From: Octopus sinensis
Lineage: Eukaryota
Reading direction: 5' to 3'
Assembly (NCBI RefSeq): GCF_006345805.1
Contig: NC_043012.1
Coordinates: 33,418,001 to 33,482,000, forward strand
Length of the DNA stretch: 64,000 nucleotides
The notes under the pieces were generated by a model. That model had not been told where the DNA came from. It saw only the letters and a program-made list of their open reading frames with translations, and searched no databases. Shown here in pieces: positions 52,545-64,000 of this stretch. Each line of letters starts with the position of its first letter. Position 1 is the stretch's first letter. Made by a program: the position numbers and the translations under genes.

Positions 52545-53457
52545 TGTATGTATGTATGTATGTATGTATGTATGTATGTATGTATGTATAATGTAGGTAT
52601 AATGGATGCATAGCAGTGTAAACTATTGATTTTACCACGCGGTATGAAGGGTTAGGGTTAGAGTTAGGAATCATCAAGAGTATGAATGAATGTATGTATG
52701 TGTGTGCCTAAGAAAATATATAAATGCATAAAAGCTTAATACGTAGACTAACAGTGACAGAACTGGCCCTGGTGTCGCGATTAGCCAGTGAGCTTGTTAA
52801 AAAATATTGATTCGCGACATAATCAGTAGTATTACCGACAGGTAATATCCCCACTTAAATGTGGGGATAAATACATACATACATGCATAATAGATATAGA
52901 TATAGATATATATATGTAGCAAATGAAAGACAGAAGATGGAATATACGAGAATTTATTATTAATCACGGCAATTATTTCGACACATCTTTCATCGATTTC
53001 TCTTGGAGTGGGGACAGTCAACAACTGGTTCAGGAGTATCCGGTGGTGCCGATGTATCGCGTCAGGGGATAAATAAATACAACTCGTTAAAATGACAGTT
53101 CCGCAATGTAACATTCCGTTTTGTAGAGAGAAAAGCAACCAGACGGAGGAAATATCTTCATTTATATAGAAGTCTAAAAGTAAAATCACAGATGTAAAAA
53201 AAAGAAACGAACACGCAATCCAGCGAGAAAAGTATTAAAAATATCTGTTAACAGATATGGATGTATAAACGCCCTCGGGTAAGCTGCATGGCGCGAGTAC
53301 ACTCACTCATACAAATATCCGCAAAAATGTAAGCATATGCACGCGTAAGGTTTGGTGCACTTATGGTCACAAAGCGAGTTAGATATCTACTTGGTGTTTA
53401 TAATATAATATAATATAATATGATATAATATATATGATATTATATATATATATATAT

Positions 53458-53507
<50 letters not shown>

Positions 53508-53925
53508 CAAAATGGGACAAGGACGCAAAACAACCAGATAGACGATACAAAAAAACCCGAACGGGACATTCGAGGCCTTTAATCTTCAGTCAAGAACCGG
53601 ATCATCCTCGCAATTTCGGCTGATTAATCTTGAGCTTGCTCCAATCTGGCCAGATAATAATGAAAACGTATATATTATTTTATTACTATTTTTTAATTAT
53701 TATTTTGCAATTAACTTAATCATCGGAATATTATTATTTTAATTTTAATATTTCTATTATATGTAATTTTCCAGATGATGCAATTTAATTGTTAATTTTG
53801 AATTGATAAAAGGTGTTTTTTTTCTAATTTTTAAATATATATATATAATATTTTGTGAAATTTGATTTGGTGTTTCTAAATTGAATTTTTCCCTGTAAGT
53901 TAGGAATAATATTCCCTCAAATAAT

Positions 53926-54009
<84 letters not shown>

Positions 54010-54082
54010 TATATATATGTATGTATATACAGCGGTGTGCACAAATAGATATACAGTAAGTATCATATAAATAAAACTTGTA

Positions 54083-54490
54083 GGCGCAGGAGTGGCTGTG
54101 TGGTAAGTAGCTTGCTTACCAACCACATGGTTCCGGGTTCAGTCCCACTGCGTGGCATCTTGGGCAAGTGTCTTCTGCTATAGCCTCGGGCCGACCAATG
54201 CCTTGTGAGTGGATTTGGTAGACGGAAACTGAAAGAAGCCTGTCTTTTTGTGTATATATAGATATGTATGTGTGTGTATGTTTGTGTGTCTGTGTTTGTC
54301 CCCCTAGCATTGCTTGACAACCGATGCTGGTGTGTTTACGTCCCCGTTACTTAGCGGTTCGGCAAAGAGACCGATAGATTAAGTACTGGGCTTACGAAGA
54401 ATAAGTCCCAGGGTCGAGTTGCTCGATTAAAGGCGGTGCTCCAGCATGGCCGCAGTCAAATGACTGAAACAAGTAAAAGAGTAAAAAAAA
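54083..54490 (+). mobile_element. SINE family B, full length
   Basis: A-box TGGCTGTGTGG, B-box GGTTCAGTCCC; colinear with 40191. Confidence 0.92.
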
Positions 54491-54674
54491 AAGAGAGAGT
54501 ACTTATTAAATTAATTAGCCTCATTTTTGATATTTTCAGTGTCATTAATCATAATAATAAATTTATCATAACTATAATAATACTTTTATCGAAACTTAAT
54601 TTTTTTGATAAAAATGAATGTGTATTGTACGTGTTTTCTCTTTTCATAACGGTCTGCCTACTTTTGCGCCGTTC

Positions 54675-54705
<31 letters not shown>

Positions 54706-54736
54706 AATAGATATATATAATAGATAGGTAGATAGG

Positions 54737-54803
<67 letters not shown>

Positions 54804-55276
54804 AATAAAAATATTTCTATGTATACATGTTTAAACCAATTGAATGAACATGTGTGTGTGTGTGTATAAGGGTGCGAGCGAATAAATTCTTCCTGTGTGA
54901 TAGCATCTATTAATGATTGATCAAGCGACCGTGATGGTAACCAGAGACAGCTAAAATGAAGTTTACGAGTAGACTGGTAGATGGCATCCCGGTGGGGTAA
55001 TAAGTTGACCACGCGTCCTTTAAAGAGAAACACTTCCAGATAAAAGCGATAAGGAATTCTTCTAGTTTATATTTTAGCAACATTATTATAGTAGAGCAGT
55101 GGTTCTCAATTATTTTTCTCTCTCTGGACCCCTTTGATTCCTACTTCATTCTACTGGACCCTAATATAACTTCAATGTTTTTTAAAAAAAGGGGGTGCTA
55201 TTATATTTTTTATAATAACTGGTCGTATATATGCAGTAAATATAGAGGACATTCCTGTAGAAAAAAAAGTTTATCG

Positions 55277-55690
55277 TTTCAGCGGAAGAAACCTGTGTCC
55301 ATAATAGTGTGGGCGGGTGTGACCTCAAATGACATGAAAACCCCTCTAATCTTCATTGAAGAGGCTGTAAAAATGAACCAATATGTCTAGTTGGGTTATT
55401 GCAACAATGGCGGGCGAACGAGTAACTCTCTAACAAGATGGTGCAACACATACGGCTAAAAAAGTCCAAGAATGGTGTCGAGAAAATTTCAAGGCGTTCT
55501 GGTTGAAAGAGTTCTGCCCACCCCTCTTCACCCAACCTGGACCCGATGGATTTTGACATATGGTCTATGCTTGAGAGCCATGCCTGAGCAAATTCTCACG
55601 CAAGTCTCAATGCTCTTGCGAAAATGCTGAGACAAACTCTGCGAAGAAACTCTTCATGCCACTTGCTCCCCAGTGGTTCCCAGACTCCAC
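55277..55690 (+). pseudogene. Tc1/mariner (DD37D-like) transposase catalytic fragment
   Basis: KPVSIIVWAGVTS..KTPLIFIEE.VKMNQ...QDGAT..AK..QEWCR...PPSSPNLDPMDF.IWSMLE. Confidence 0.82.
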
Positions 55691-57269
55691 CAAGGGTTGA
55701 TATATTGAAAATTAAATATATCATCTTAGTCTACATTCTCTGGTCATATTTAAGTTCCATGTCCTATTGTATTGAATGGTGGAATGGCACCGGCTGAAAT
55801 GTCTTTAATCATAAGTCGTTCTATTAGAATTGACCTAGATCTAAACAAAAACAAGAAAATCTCCAGGTATACCATACTACCAACCATTATGAGCCGACGA
55901 AGGAACTTTTTAGGTGGTGAAAATAGCAGCCAAATTTTCCTCATATCAAATTCTATCATCTTACAGGATAGTTATGGCTTCAACACGTTTGGTTATATAT
56001 CTACTCGGTCTAAACTGACCTGGGGTTGGAAAAAAAAACAGCATCAAAATTGTCACACTCTACCGACATCACAATTATTGCCACTTCCACCACCAACGCC
56101 ACCTCTAACATCAATAGCTAAACCCCCCGATATTTCCAACATCATCTTCACCACCATCAACACCGTCACCCACATCATTCACACGCTTCACAATGACTCA
56201 AGTTCCGCTGTTACCACTGACGTCACCAGCACCAGCACCACCACCAAATCTACTACCACTCCCACCACCACAACCACCACCGCTACCACGACGACCACCA
56301 CCAAAACTATACAATCTTTGATAATGACCATTGTCAACGGCAACAAGAATGAGAAGAAAAAAAAACTGAAATAATAATAATAACAATAATAATGAAACAA
56401 ATTATTTGAAACTAAAACTCTTAACAGCTGGTAATAAATGATGTCGATGCAACTTAGTTTCATTTCCTCCCACCGTCGCCTTTCTTTGATTCCTTGTTTC
56501 TCTTCTGTCTTTCGATTTTCGCGTTTTTCTTGTTTTTGTTTTGATTTTGCTTTTGTGTTTTTCTTTCCTTTGGCTTCGGTTTACTTTTACCAATCGATAA
56601 AAGAGAGAGGAGCAAAGAAGTGAAGGACGAGAAATAGAAAGAGAAAGAAGAAGTGGCGACAAGGTGGAAGTGGGAAAGGAGAGAAGGAGGAGGAGGAGGG
56701 AAAATATACTCAACGGTTTGATTTCCAAAGATAGCCAATAGCCATAACCAATATCATTGGAAACATCAGTTCATCAGTGCATCGGTGCCATACGTGGTGC
56801 CGAAGAAGAAGAAGAAGAAGAATGACGAAAGTGCGAGTGACAGAAGGGGAAAGGAAAAGGAATGCATATACGTGTGTATAGTTCTAAGTATATATATATA
56901 TATGTATGTATGTATGTATATGTATATATATATATATATGTATATATCTATATATACATATATATATATATATATATTATATATATAATATATATATATA
57001 TATATATTGTATGTATGTATGTATGTATGTATGTATATGACATTTTATATATGAAAAATTGTTTTTCTATCCTTTTTTCTCTCTCCACACTTTTCCTTCA
57101 TCGCAGGCAAACAGCCAAACCGCACACACACGTATGTACATACATGCACAAACACAGACATGTACATACATACATACATACATACATACATACATACATA
57201 CATACATACATACATACATACATGCATACATACATACATACACACACACATACATACATACATACATAT

Positions 57270-57306
<37 letters not shown>

Positions 57307-57514
57307 CTAAAATTCTACCGAAACAGGTGTCGTAAATTTTAAATTACATTTGTGTTCTTTTACAATTAAACTACATTTGTGTCCCAGAAAGATTTACCCA
57401 TTGATATTTCTTAATTATTCAAAATATACTTAAAGTACGATAATGAAATTTGACACACACGTTCTAATTAACTAACTAACTAACTAACTAATGTAAATTT
57501 TCAATCCATCGTAG

Positions 57515-58225
57515 TCAATGCATTTCAAAATGAGCAGCATTCGCCTTGACCATAGCCTGCAAACGATTAGTCACTGAGTTGAATGAGCACCGTACCACCT
57601 CCTCATCCAATTTAATCCTTGGAGAAAGAAGGGTTTTCTTCAAATCTGACACATTTGAATAGGAGCGAGCAGAAGCATTACTCTCTAAGATGGACCAGAT
57701 AACAAAGTGCATAGGATTGACGTCTGGACTTGAAGCCATATCGTCTTGTCCCCAAAACTGCTGAAATGCTCTTTCCACCACCTCTGTGTTAAAGTGGATG
57801 TGTGGGCCGCAGTCCCGTCTTGAGTGAAGATGTAACGGTCACCAAAGGTTTCTGTAACCCAGGATAACACTTTCTCATCCAACATTTCCACATAAACATC
57901 ACTGTGGACCTTGACGCCAGCATCGATGGAGATTAAAGGAGACTTCGACCTATCAAATGCAACTGCGGTCCCCACAATGAGTGCAGCTGGCTTCTGACGG
58001 CGTAAATGACTCCTGCTACCCTCGGCCAAGTCCCCTGCTGTCTTCAGGCAAGCCTTTTGCATTACGTGCATAAAGTCTGCTGTTCTGCCTGTTGGTAGCT
58101 GCTTCCACAGTGACGATCTCGTCGCATCAGATCAACACTTTGTTAGCGGCACGCTTCATGGTTTTACCACTATCGAGTCGTTTCATCTTGAAAGCTGCTG
58201 AAATTAATTGCCAGGGTTGTTTCTT
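57515..58225 (-). pseudogene. Tc1/mariner (DD37D-like) transposase fragment
   Basis: KSPLISIDAGVKVHSDVYVEML...YIFTQDGTAAHTS...SSPDVNPMHFVIWSILE...RLQAMVKANAAHFE, frameshifted. Confidence 0.87.
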
Positions 58226-58249
58226 GTACGCAGTTGGCTTTAATTCTTC

Positions 58250-58870
58250 TTTAAACATTCTGTGCCATGCTTTTTTTTGTTCATTTCTTGTTTAAATTGT
58301 TTTTTAGTTACACAATTTCCAGTGTTGATGACACCGGATTTCTTTGTATGTTTTAACAATGGCTTCACGTCATGTTTTACATACGACCCTAGGCTGTTTT
58401 TCTCTTCTTCGATACAGTCCTGGCAACTGATCAAAGCTCTTCCACCGTTTCTTCCGGGCAAGTACAGTGTTACTCTTCCGGTGGAAGGCTCCGTGTACTG
58501 TCAACATTTTTCTGATCTTGGTATCCATTTTCTTCATATCTCTCTTTTGCCATTTTATAATTCCTGCTCCATACCGAGGTGATGCTAACATCCACGTATT
58601 AACTGCTTGGATTTCATTCCATCCACTCAATTTTGAGCGCAACAACAACCTCGGTCTTCGGAAATACTCCATTTTCAGTTGCTCTTTCATTTCCTTTTCC
58701 ATTATCTTATTGCACTCTTGTACACCAAGGTATTTGTATCCTTCCGTTTCAATTTGTTTAATCAAGTCTCTATTTGGTAATTCCATTCCTGTTAGGGACT
58801 GTCCCTTGCCTCTTTTTAGGTAGATTATTCTGCACTTCTCGAGTCCAAATTTCATTCTAATATCAATTCT
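58250..58870 (-). pseudogene. R4/Dong-clade RT C-terminal fragment
   Basis: DIRMKFGLEKC...YKYLGVQE...EYFRR...AVNTW...RYGAGIIKW...MLTVHGAFH. Confidence 0.88.
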
Positions 58871-59180
58871 TGTTGTTGTTGTTTTACTTCTCGGAGCTCT
58901 CGATCTTACTTGTTCTGGTTAGTTCTGTGTGAGCGGACAGCGACCTGTTAGAAGTCTCACAGGGACTCTTTCCGCAAATTATAAGCTTTGCTGACCGTAT
59001 GTTAACTTATTGTGGAAGACACTCAACACGCAAGCGCCAATCTCAAAACCCTAATCGTCCCCTATAGAGCAGTCTTTGGACCTTCTCTACCCTCTCGTCG
59101 ATTCCAATTTCTCCGACATATTTCTCGAACCCGGTTGCTAGTTTTCTGAATGCCCCTACAACTATTGGGATAACAGCTAC
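58870..59180 (-). mobile_element. R4/Dong-like 3' end (end of REL domain, 3' UTR, (AAC)n tail)
   Basis: Minus translation VIPIVVGAF...FEKYVGEIGID, followed by UTR and AACAACAAC. Confidence 0.55.
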
Positions 59181-60801
59181 TACTTTCATATTATTATTAT
59201 TATTATCATCATCATCATCATCATCATGATCATTATTATTATTGAGTGAGAGCGCAGTGCATGGTGATCTGATATCAAGATAAACAGTACATGACCTTGA
59301 AGGCGGGGGCCAGTTAGAATTTTCTTCGGGTCAAGTAGCCCATCCTGCTCAAAAGGACGCTGAATAAGGTTTGTTTAAGGATGATGAATGAAAAACCCAT
59401 GGCTATGATGCTCCTCCACTACTTCTGCTCGTGATCAGAGATGCACATATCGTCAGCTGCTAAGGGACATGTTCAACTGGTTAAGGTCAAACAACTGACA
59501 GGCAAATCTGTGGTATTGAGCAGAATATTTGCTGTAGCCCATCTTTTATACCAAGACGAAGCAATGTACATGATAACACTTCCAATCAGTTAAGATCAGA
59601 AGCCATGAGAGCCACTGTCTTGTACTGCATCAGGGCATTAGGCTGAAGAACCAAAAAATATTCCCCTGAATTCCACAATGTCAATATTCTGCCAATTTCT
59701 GAAAACTAGGATAATGCTCAATAATAAAACTTCAAGAAAATAGATATGTCATTAGGACTATAAGGAAATTAAAGTGTGGGCTTTCTAGGTTGAAATATTG
59801 ATTATGGACGTTGCGTGTACAAAATATTTCTTATGGACACGAATTAAAATTCAAAACTTAAAAACATACGTCAAAAGTACATTAGTTTATACACGCAAGA
59901 AATGACAAGAAAAATGCACAAAATATAAGAAAATGTATTGAGATTGCTTAGTGGTCCATAAAATGCTGGGTTTTAATAGAATACAGCAACGCGCTGCCAA
60001 AGTATGTTTGGACAATTCCAAGTAAAATAAAGCAAATAAAAAAACAGTGACCTTTATTCATACAATTCTACTTCTAAAAGGGTTAAAGGTGAGCTGTGCA
60101 GGATAAAGAAACCCTGTAAAGTCTAAAACTATTCTTAAATCCCAAATCTGATTTCAGTTTGGCATTTTTACATGTGAAGAACTTTCTATGGGAAAAGAAA
60201 ACGAAGGTCAAAGGGTTTACATAGAATCAATCTCATTTTCTGGTCTTTATAGACCCAGTCGCTTCCTGGTAATAATAAATCTGCCTCACTCTGGCCGTTC
60301 GACTTGCTAGAAATACTAGCTGAGTCAAATTATGACCAACCGTTTTAAAAACAGCAAATAGATAAATGGAAGACAGGACGGTCACATCTGGAACTTTATT
60401 GATCGTATGTTTGTTTGATCAGAGTTGTTTCCGTACAAACACACAGGTAAACAGCACCGCCACCGACCTTGCCACTTCCATCAACAATTTCAACAGCAGC
60501 AGCAGCAGCAGCAGTACAGACGTCATGTACGAACGAATAAATTGTTCGATCTGCTGTAAACATCAGCCAAATTACCTCCATCCTGGGGCCTGAATGGTAA
60601 AAAATGACGTCGCAGCTGGAACATCATCGGTCTATGGTTTGCTAGATCAGATTTGAGCAGGAACTAAAGCCCGGTTGTTCACCCAATTGTTGATAAATAG
60701 GGAGACGCCGGGAAGAAAAACCATGGTGGTGACAACAGCTTTTATCATAGTGTGGTCAACATACATATATACAAACAAATGCACACACAAACACATTACA
60801 T

Positions 60802-60994
60802 GGCGATCCTTCGGTATAGGTACTGTAAGTACCGGAAGTGGCTTTGTTTACATTTATGAAGATAACAGAAACCCTTTTCTCCCACCCCTAACCCTAACCC
60901 TAACACAAACCCTAACCCTAACCCCCCCCCCCATATATATAAAAAAACACTTGAAATGTATCCGGTACTCCGGTACCTATAGCGAAGTTACACC
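60802..60994. mobile_element. Second copy (inverted) of the GG-terminal TTAGGG-carrying MITE, 8-bp TSD
   Basis: Revcomp of 39709-39905; TSD CATTACAT at 60794-60801 and 60995-61002. Confidence 0.85.
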
Positions 60995-61219
60995 CATTAC
61001 ATATACAAACTCATACATACACACATACACGCAAGCATACATAAGCACATACATACATGCATACATACACATATACATACATGCACGCATGCATATATAC
61101 ACTTATTCAAATACGTGCATGCATATTGCGTACATATACACGGCAATATAATAATCGCATACAAACCTCTGCTTATATGTGTGTGCGAGTGTGCATGTGT
61201 GTGTATCCACCACTTCTAC

Positions 61220-61745
61220 CATGTAAACTGGTACTCCGTCGGTCGCGACGACGCGGGTTCCAGCTGATCCTTCCTTCCTTCTCGAGCCATACCTGGCTCA
61301 TAAGGGTCGGTTTCCCGGTTTCCTTGGCGTATAGGTTCCCCACCTGGACGGGACGCCGGTCCGTCGCAGGTGAGTTGCAAGATGCAGGAGGAAAGAATGA
61401 GAGAAAGTTGTGGCGAAAGAGTCAGCAGAAGTTCGCCATTACCTTCTGCCGGAGCCGCGTGGAGCTTAGGTGATTCGAACCCGCTGCTCTAACCACTAAG
61501 CCATGTGCCTCCACTCCAGCTGATCCGATCAAAAGGAACAGCCTGTTCACGAAAGTAGCGTACAATTAGTTCTGCATTCCACAGACACGTCTACCCTTAA
61601 CGTAGTTCCCATGGAGATTCAGCGTGATCCCGTTTCTGCTAATGCTGGCCCTTTTGAAATGCAGGTACAACACATTCTTGCCAGATGAACGGACTGGAGC
61701 AAGGTGAAATGAAGTGTCCCGGGAATCGAACTCATGCTCTCCTTC
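61220..61745 (-). mobile_element. SINE family E interrupted by another SINE
   Basis: Segments 61220-61270 and 61515-61745 join into the sequence seen at 49387; B-box revcomp GGGAATCGAACTC near 61720. Confidence 0.65.
61271..61514 (-). mobile_element. Family-C-related SINE inserted with a 12-bp TSD
   Basis: Minus head GGAGGCACATGGCTTAGTGGTTAGAGC, (GGAA)n tail; TSD TCCAGCTGATCC at 61259-61270 and 61515-61526. Confidence 0.8.
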
Positions 61746-61852
61746 AACCACACACACACACATTCACACGCACACTCACACATACACACACACGCGCACA
61801 CATGTGATGGAAGTGGTGGTGGTGGTGGAACTCCATCATTTCATGGTGAGGA

Positions 61853-62100
61853 TTCAGTTATCTTCGTGGCTGTGTGATTAAAAAGCTTGCTTCCCAACCA
61901 CATGGTTCCGGGTTCAGTCCAGCTACGTGACATCTTGGCCAAGTGTCTTCCACTATAACCTTGGGCCGACTAAAGCCTTGCGAGTGGATTTGGTTGACGA
62001 CGGAAACTGAAAGAAGCCTGTCAGTCAATTCGGTCAACTAAAACTTTCTCCAGGGTGATGCTCCAGCAAGTCCGTAGTCTTATGGCTGAGACAACATAAA
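61853..62100 (+). mobile_element. SINE family B, degenerate
   Basis: ACCACATGGTTCCGGGTTCAGTCC...GACGGAAACTGAAAGAAGCCTGTC. Confidence 0.75.
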
Positions 62101-62363
62101 AGATGGATGATCTATGCAGCTGATCATTCTACACATCCGTGAACACAGCATAATTCCCAACAAAAATTAGCTGAAGGTGTGAGAAGGACGTATCTTTTCA
62201 AATACAGGTAAACTCCACCGGCGGGCTTCTTTACAGTTTCCGTCCAGCCAGTCCCATTCACAAGGCATGGATCGTATCGAGGCTATATAAATAAACAACG
62301 GCCCAGGCCGCGTAGTATGCGAAGCGGATTTGTAAACTATTCGGTCAAACTATGCTTAGATGT

Positions 62364-62456
<93 letters not shown>

Positions 62457-63111
62457 TGTGCGTGTGTGTGTGTGCGTGTGTGTGTGTATGTGCTCACGCG
62501 GGTGCATGCATATGTGTGACTGTTTATGTATATGTGTGTATATGTGTGTCCTTAAATTATGCACACACACACAGACACACGTGTGTGTAAGTATGCGCGT
62601 ATGTAGACCTGTGTATGTATATGCATATAGGTAAGTGTTAATGCATATATTTATGCACCCACTTACACACATTCACATGTATGTATGTATGTATGCATGT
62701 ATTGCGGGTATATGTGTGTGTAAGCATTGCATGTATATATGTGTGTATGCGTGTATATTTATGTATGTGTGTGTTTGTAAGAGCTGTTTCTCCATGTATG
62801 TATCCGTTGCGTGTATGCATTGCGTGTATATGAGTATGTCTGCATTGCGTGTCTATGTATGTGTGTGTTTGTATGAGTTGTTTGCGTACAAAACCTTCGA
62901 AACCAATAGACATGTTGTGTGACCACATGGTGCGATCAGCTACATGCAATACTATCTGCTGTGTATATAATATTGATTAAAGCAGCTGCCACGGCAATAG
63001 CTGTGGCAAGTCACACTCATTTTAGCTTCAAATGAAATTTTCCATCTTTATTGCATCATGCTCTGAACAACAGATTTCGCATTCTTTTCGGTAACATTAT
63101 TAGTACCCTAA

Positions 63112-63700
63112 GGCAGCGAGCTGGCAGAAACGTTAGCACGCCGGGCGAAATGCTTAGCGGTATTTCGTCTGCCGCTACGTTCTGAGTTCAAATTCCGCCG
63201 AGGTCGAATTTGCCTTTCATCCTTTCGGTGTCGATTAAATGAGTACCAGTTACGCACTGGGGTCGATATAATCGACTTAATCCGTTTGTCTGTCCTTGTT
63301 TGTCCTCTCTGTGTTTAGCCCCTTATGGGTAATAAAGTAATAGGTATTTCGTCTGCCGCTACGTTCTGAGTTCAAATTCCGCCGAGGTCGACTTTGCCTT
63401 TCATCCTTTCGGGGTTGATTAAATGAGTACCAGTTACGCACTGGGGTCGATATAATCGACTTAATCCGTTTGTCTGTCCTTGTTTGTCCTCTCTGTGTTT
63501 AGCCCCTTGTGGGTAGTAAAGAAATAGGTATTTCGTCTCCCGTTACGTTCTGAGTTCAAATTTCGCCGAGGTCGACTTTGCCTTTCATCCTTTCGGGGTC
63601 GATAAATTAAGTACTTGTTGCGTACTGGAGTCGATCTAATTGACTGGCCCCCTCCTTCAAAATTTCGGCCCTTATGCCTAGAGTAGAAAAGATTATTATT
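63112..63700 (+). mobile_element. SINE family A with three 184-bp modules
   Basis: B-box GAGTTCAAAT at 63184, 63368 and 63552; head at 63112; tail ...GCCTAGAGTAGAAAAG(ATT)n. Confidence 0.92.
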
Positions 63701-64000
63701 ATTACCCAGGTGGCAAATATATGATTATCATTATTATTCGCCCTGAAAAGGGCGATTGGAATATAATTGATGAGGTTTAGCGAAGGACTCGCAGTAGAAA
63801 GAAACGTAGTTGAGGCAGGGCTAGTCGAAAAGTTAGACGAGACTTCTAGAAATGGCATCGCGATCGACTTTGCTCCCAGTGAGATTGGCATTGAACCAAT
63901 TCTACAACGCGAAACACGAAGGTTCCCCACCTGGACAGGACGGAATCCACAGAATGCCCACTGCATTTAAGTAAAAAAAGAAAAAAAAGAAAACAACAAC

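Noticed and set aside
52640-52675. TTAGGG-like repeats as a telomere or chromosome fusion site
   Set aside because: Only 2-3 degenerate units; the other TTAGGG tracts here are MITE-internal.
53500-53655. Possible hammerhead in a short repeat next to (TA)n
   Set aside because: CTGAAGA and GAAA-like words are present but cannot be arranged into consistent stems.
63112-63700. Regularly spaced repeats suggesting a CRISPR array
   Set aside because: Contiguous 184-bp SINE modules without unique spacers; eukaryotic context; no cas genes.
63767-63970. Short ORF as a host exon
   Set aside because: No recognisable homology, and its end matches the SINE body at ~61330.

Overview
AT-rich, microsatellite-saturated metazoan non-coding DNA. 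The tRNA-SINE families and the (AT)/(ACAT)/(AC) landscape resemble octopus genomes as I recall them; this is an inference, not a search result. I found no supportable host protein-coding exon, tRNA, rRNA or CRISPR, and most ORF-track entries are translated microsatellites. The window is a transposon graveyard. It holds a full-length but defective hAT (TIRs, DUF4371/ZMYM1-type transposase), Helitrons with diagnostic TC...hairpin-CTAG ends (one with a RepHel fragment), several Tc1/mariner fragments and several MITE families with TSDs. It also holds LINE fragments of the CR1, RTE, Tx1/L1 and R4/Dong clades, Penelope-like (PLE) RT and GIY-YIG fragments, and at least four SINE families. The most interesting signal is a set of minimal type I hammerhead ribozyme (HHR) motifs: two canonical motifs in tandem at 17451-17692, two degenerate copies of a family with palindromic stem III, and two copies of an A6U core variant. 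An ~835-bp unclassified tandem array also carries a hammerhead-like fold in each unit. Other notable items are SINEs whose B-box-containing 184-bp module is tandemly amplified, and GG-terminal MITEs that carry TTAGGG repeats. Coordinates of degraded fragments are approximate.
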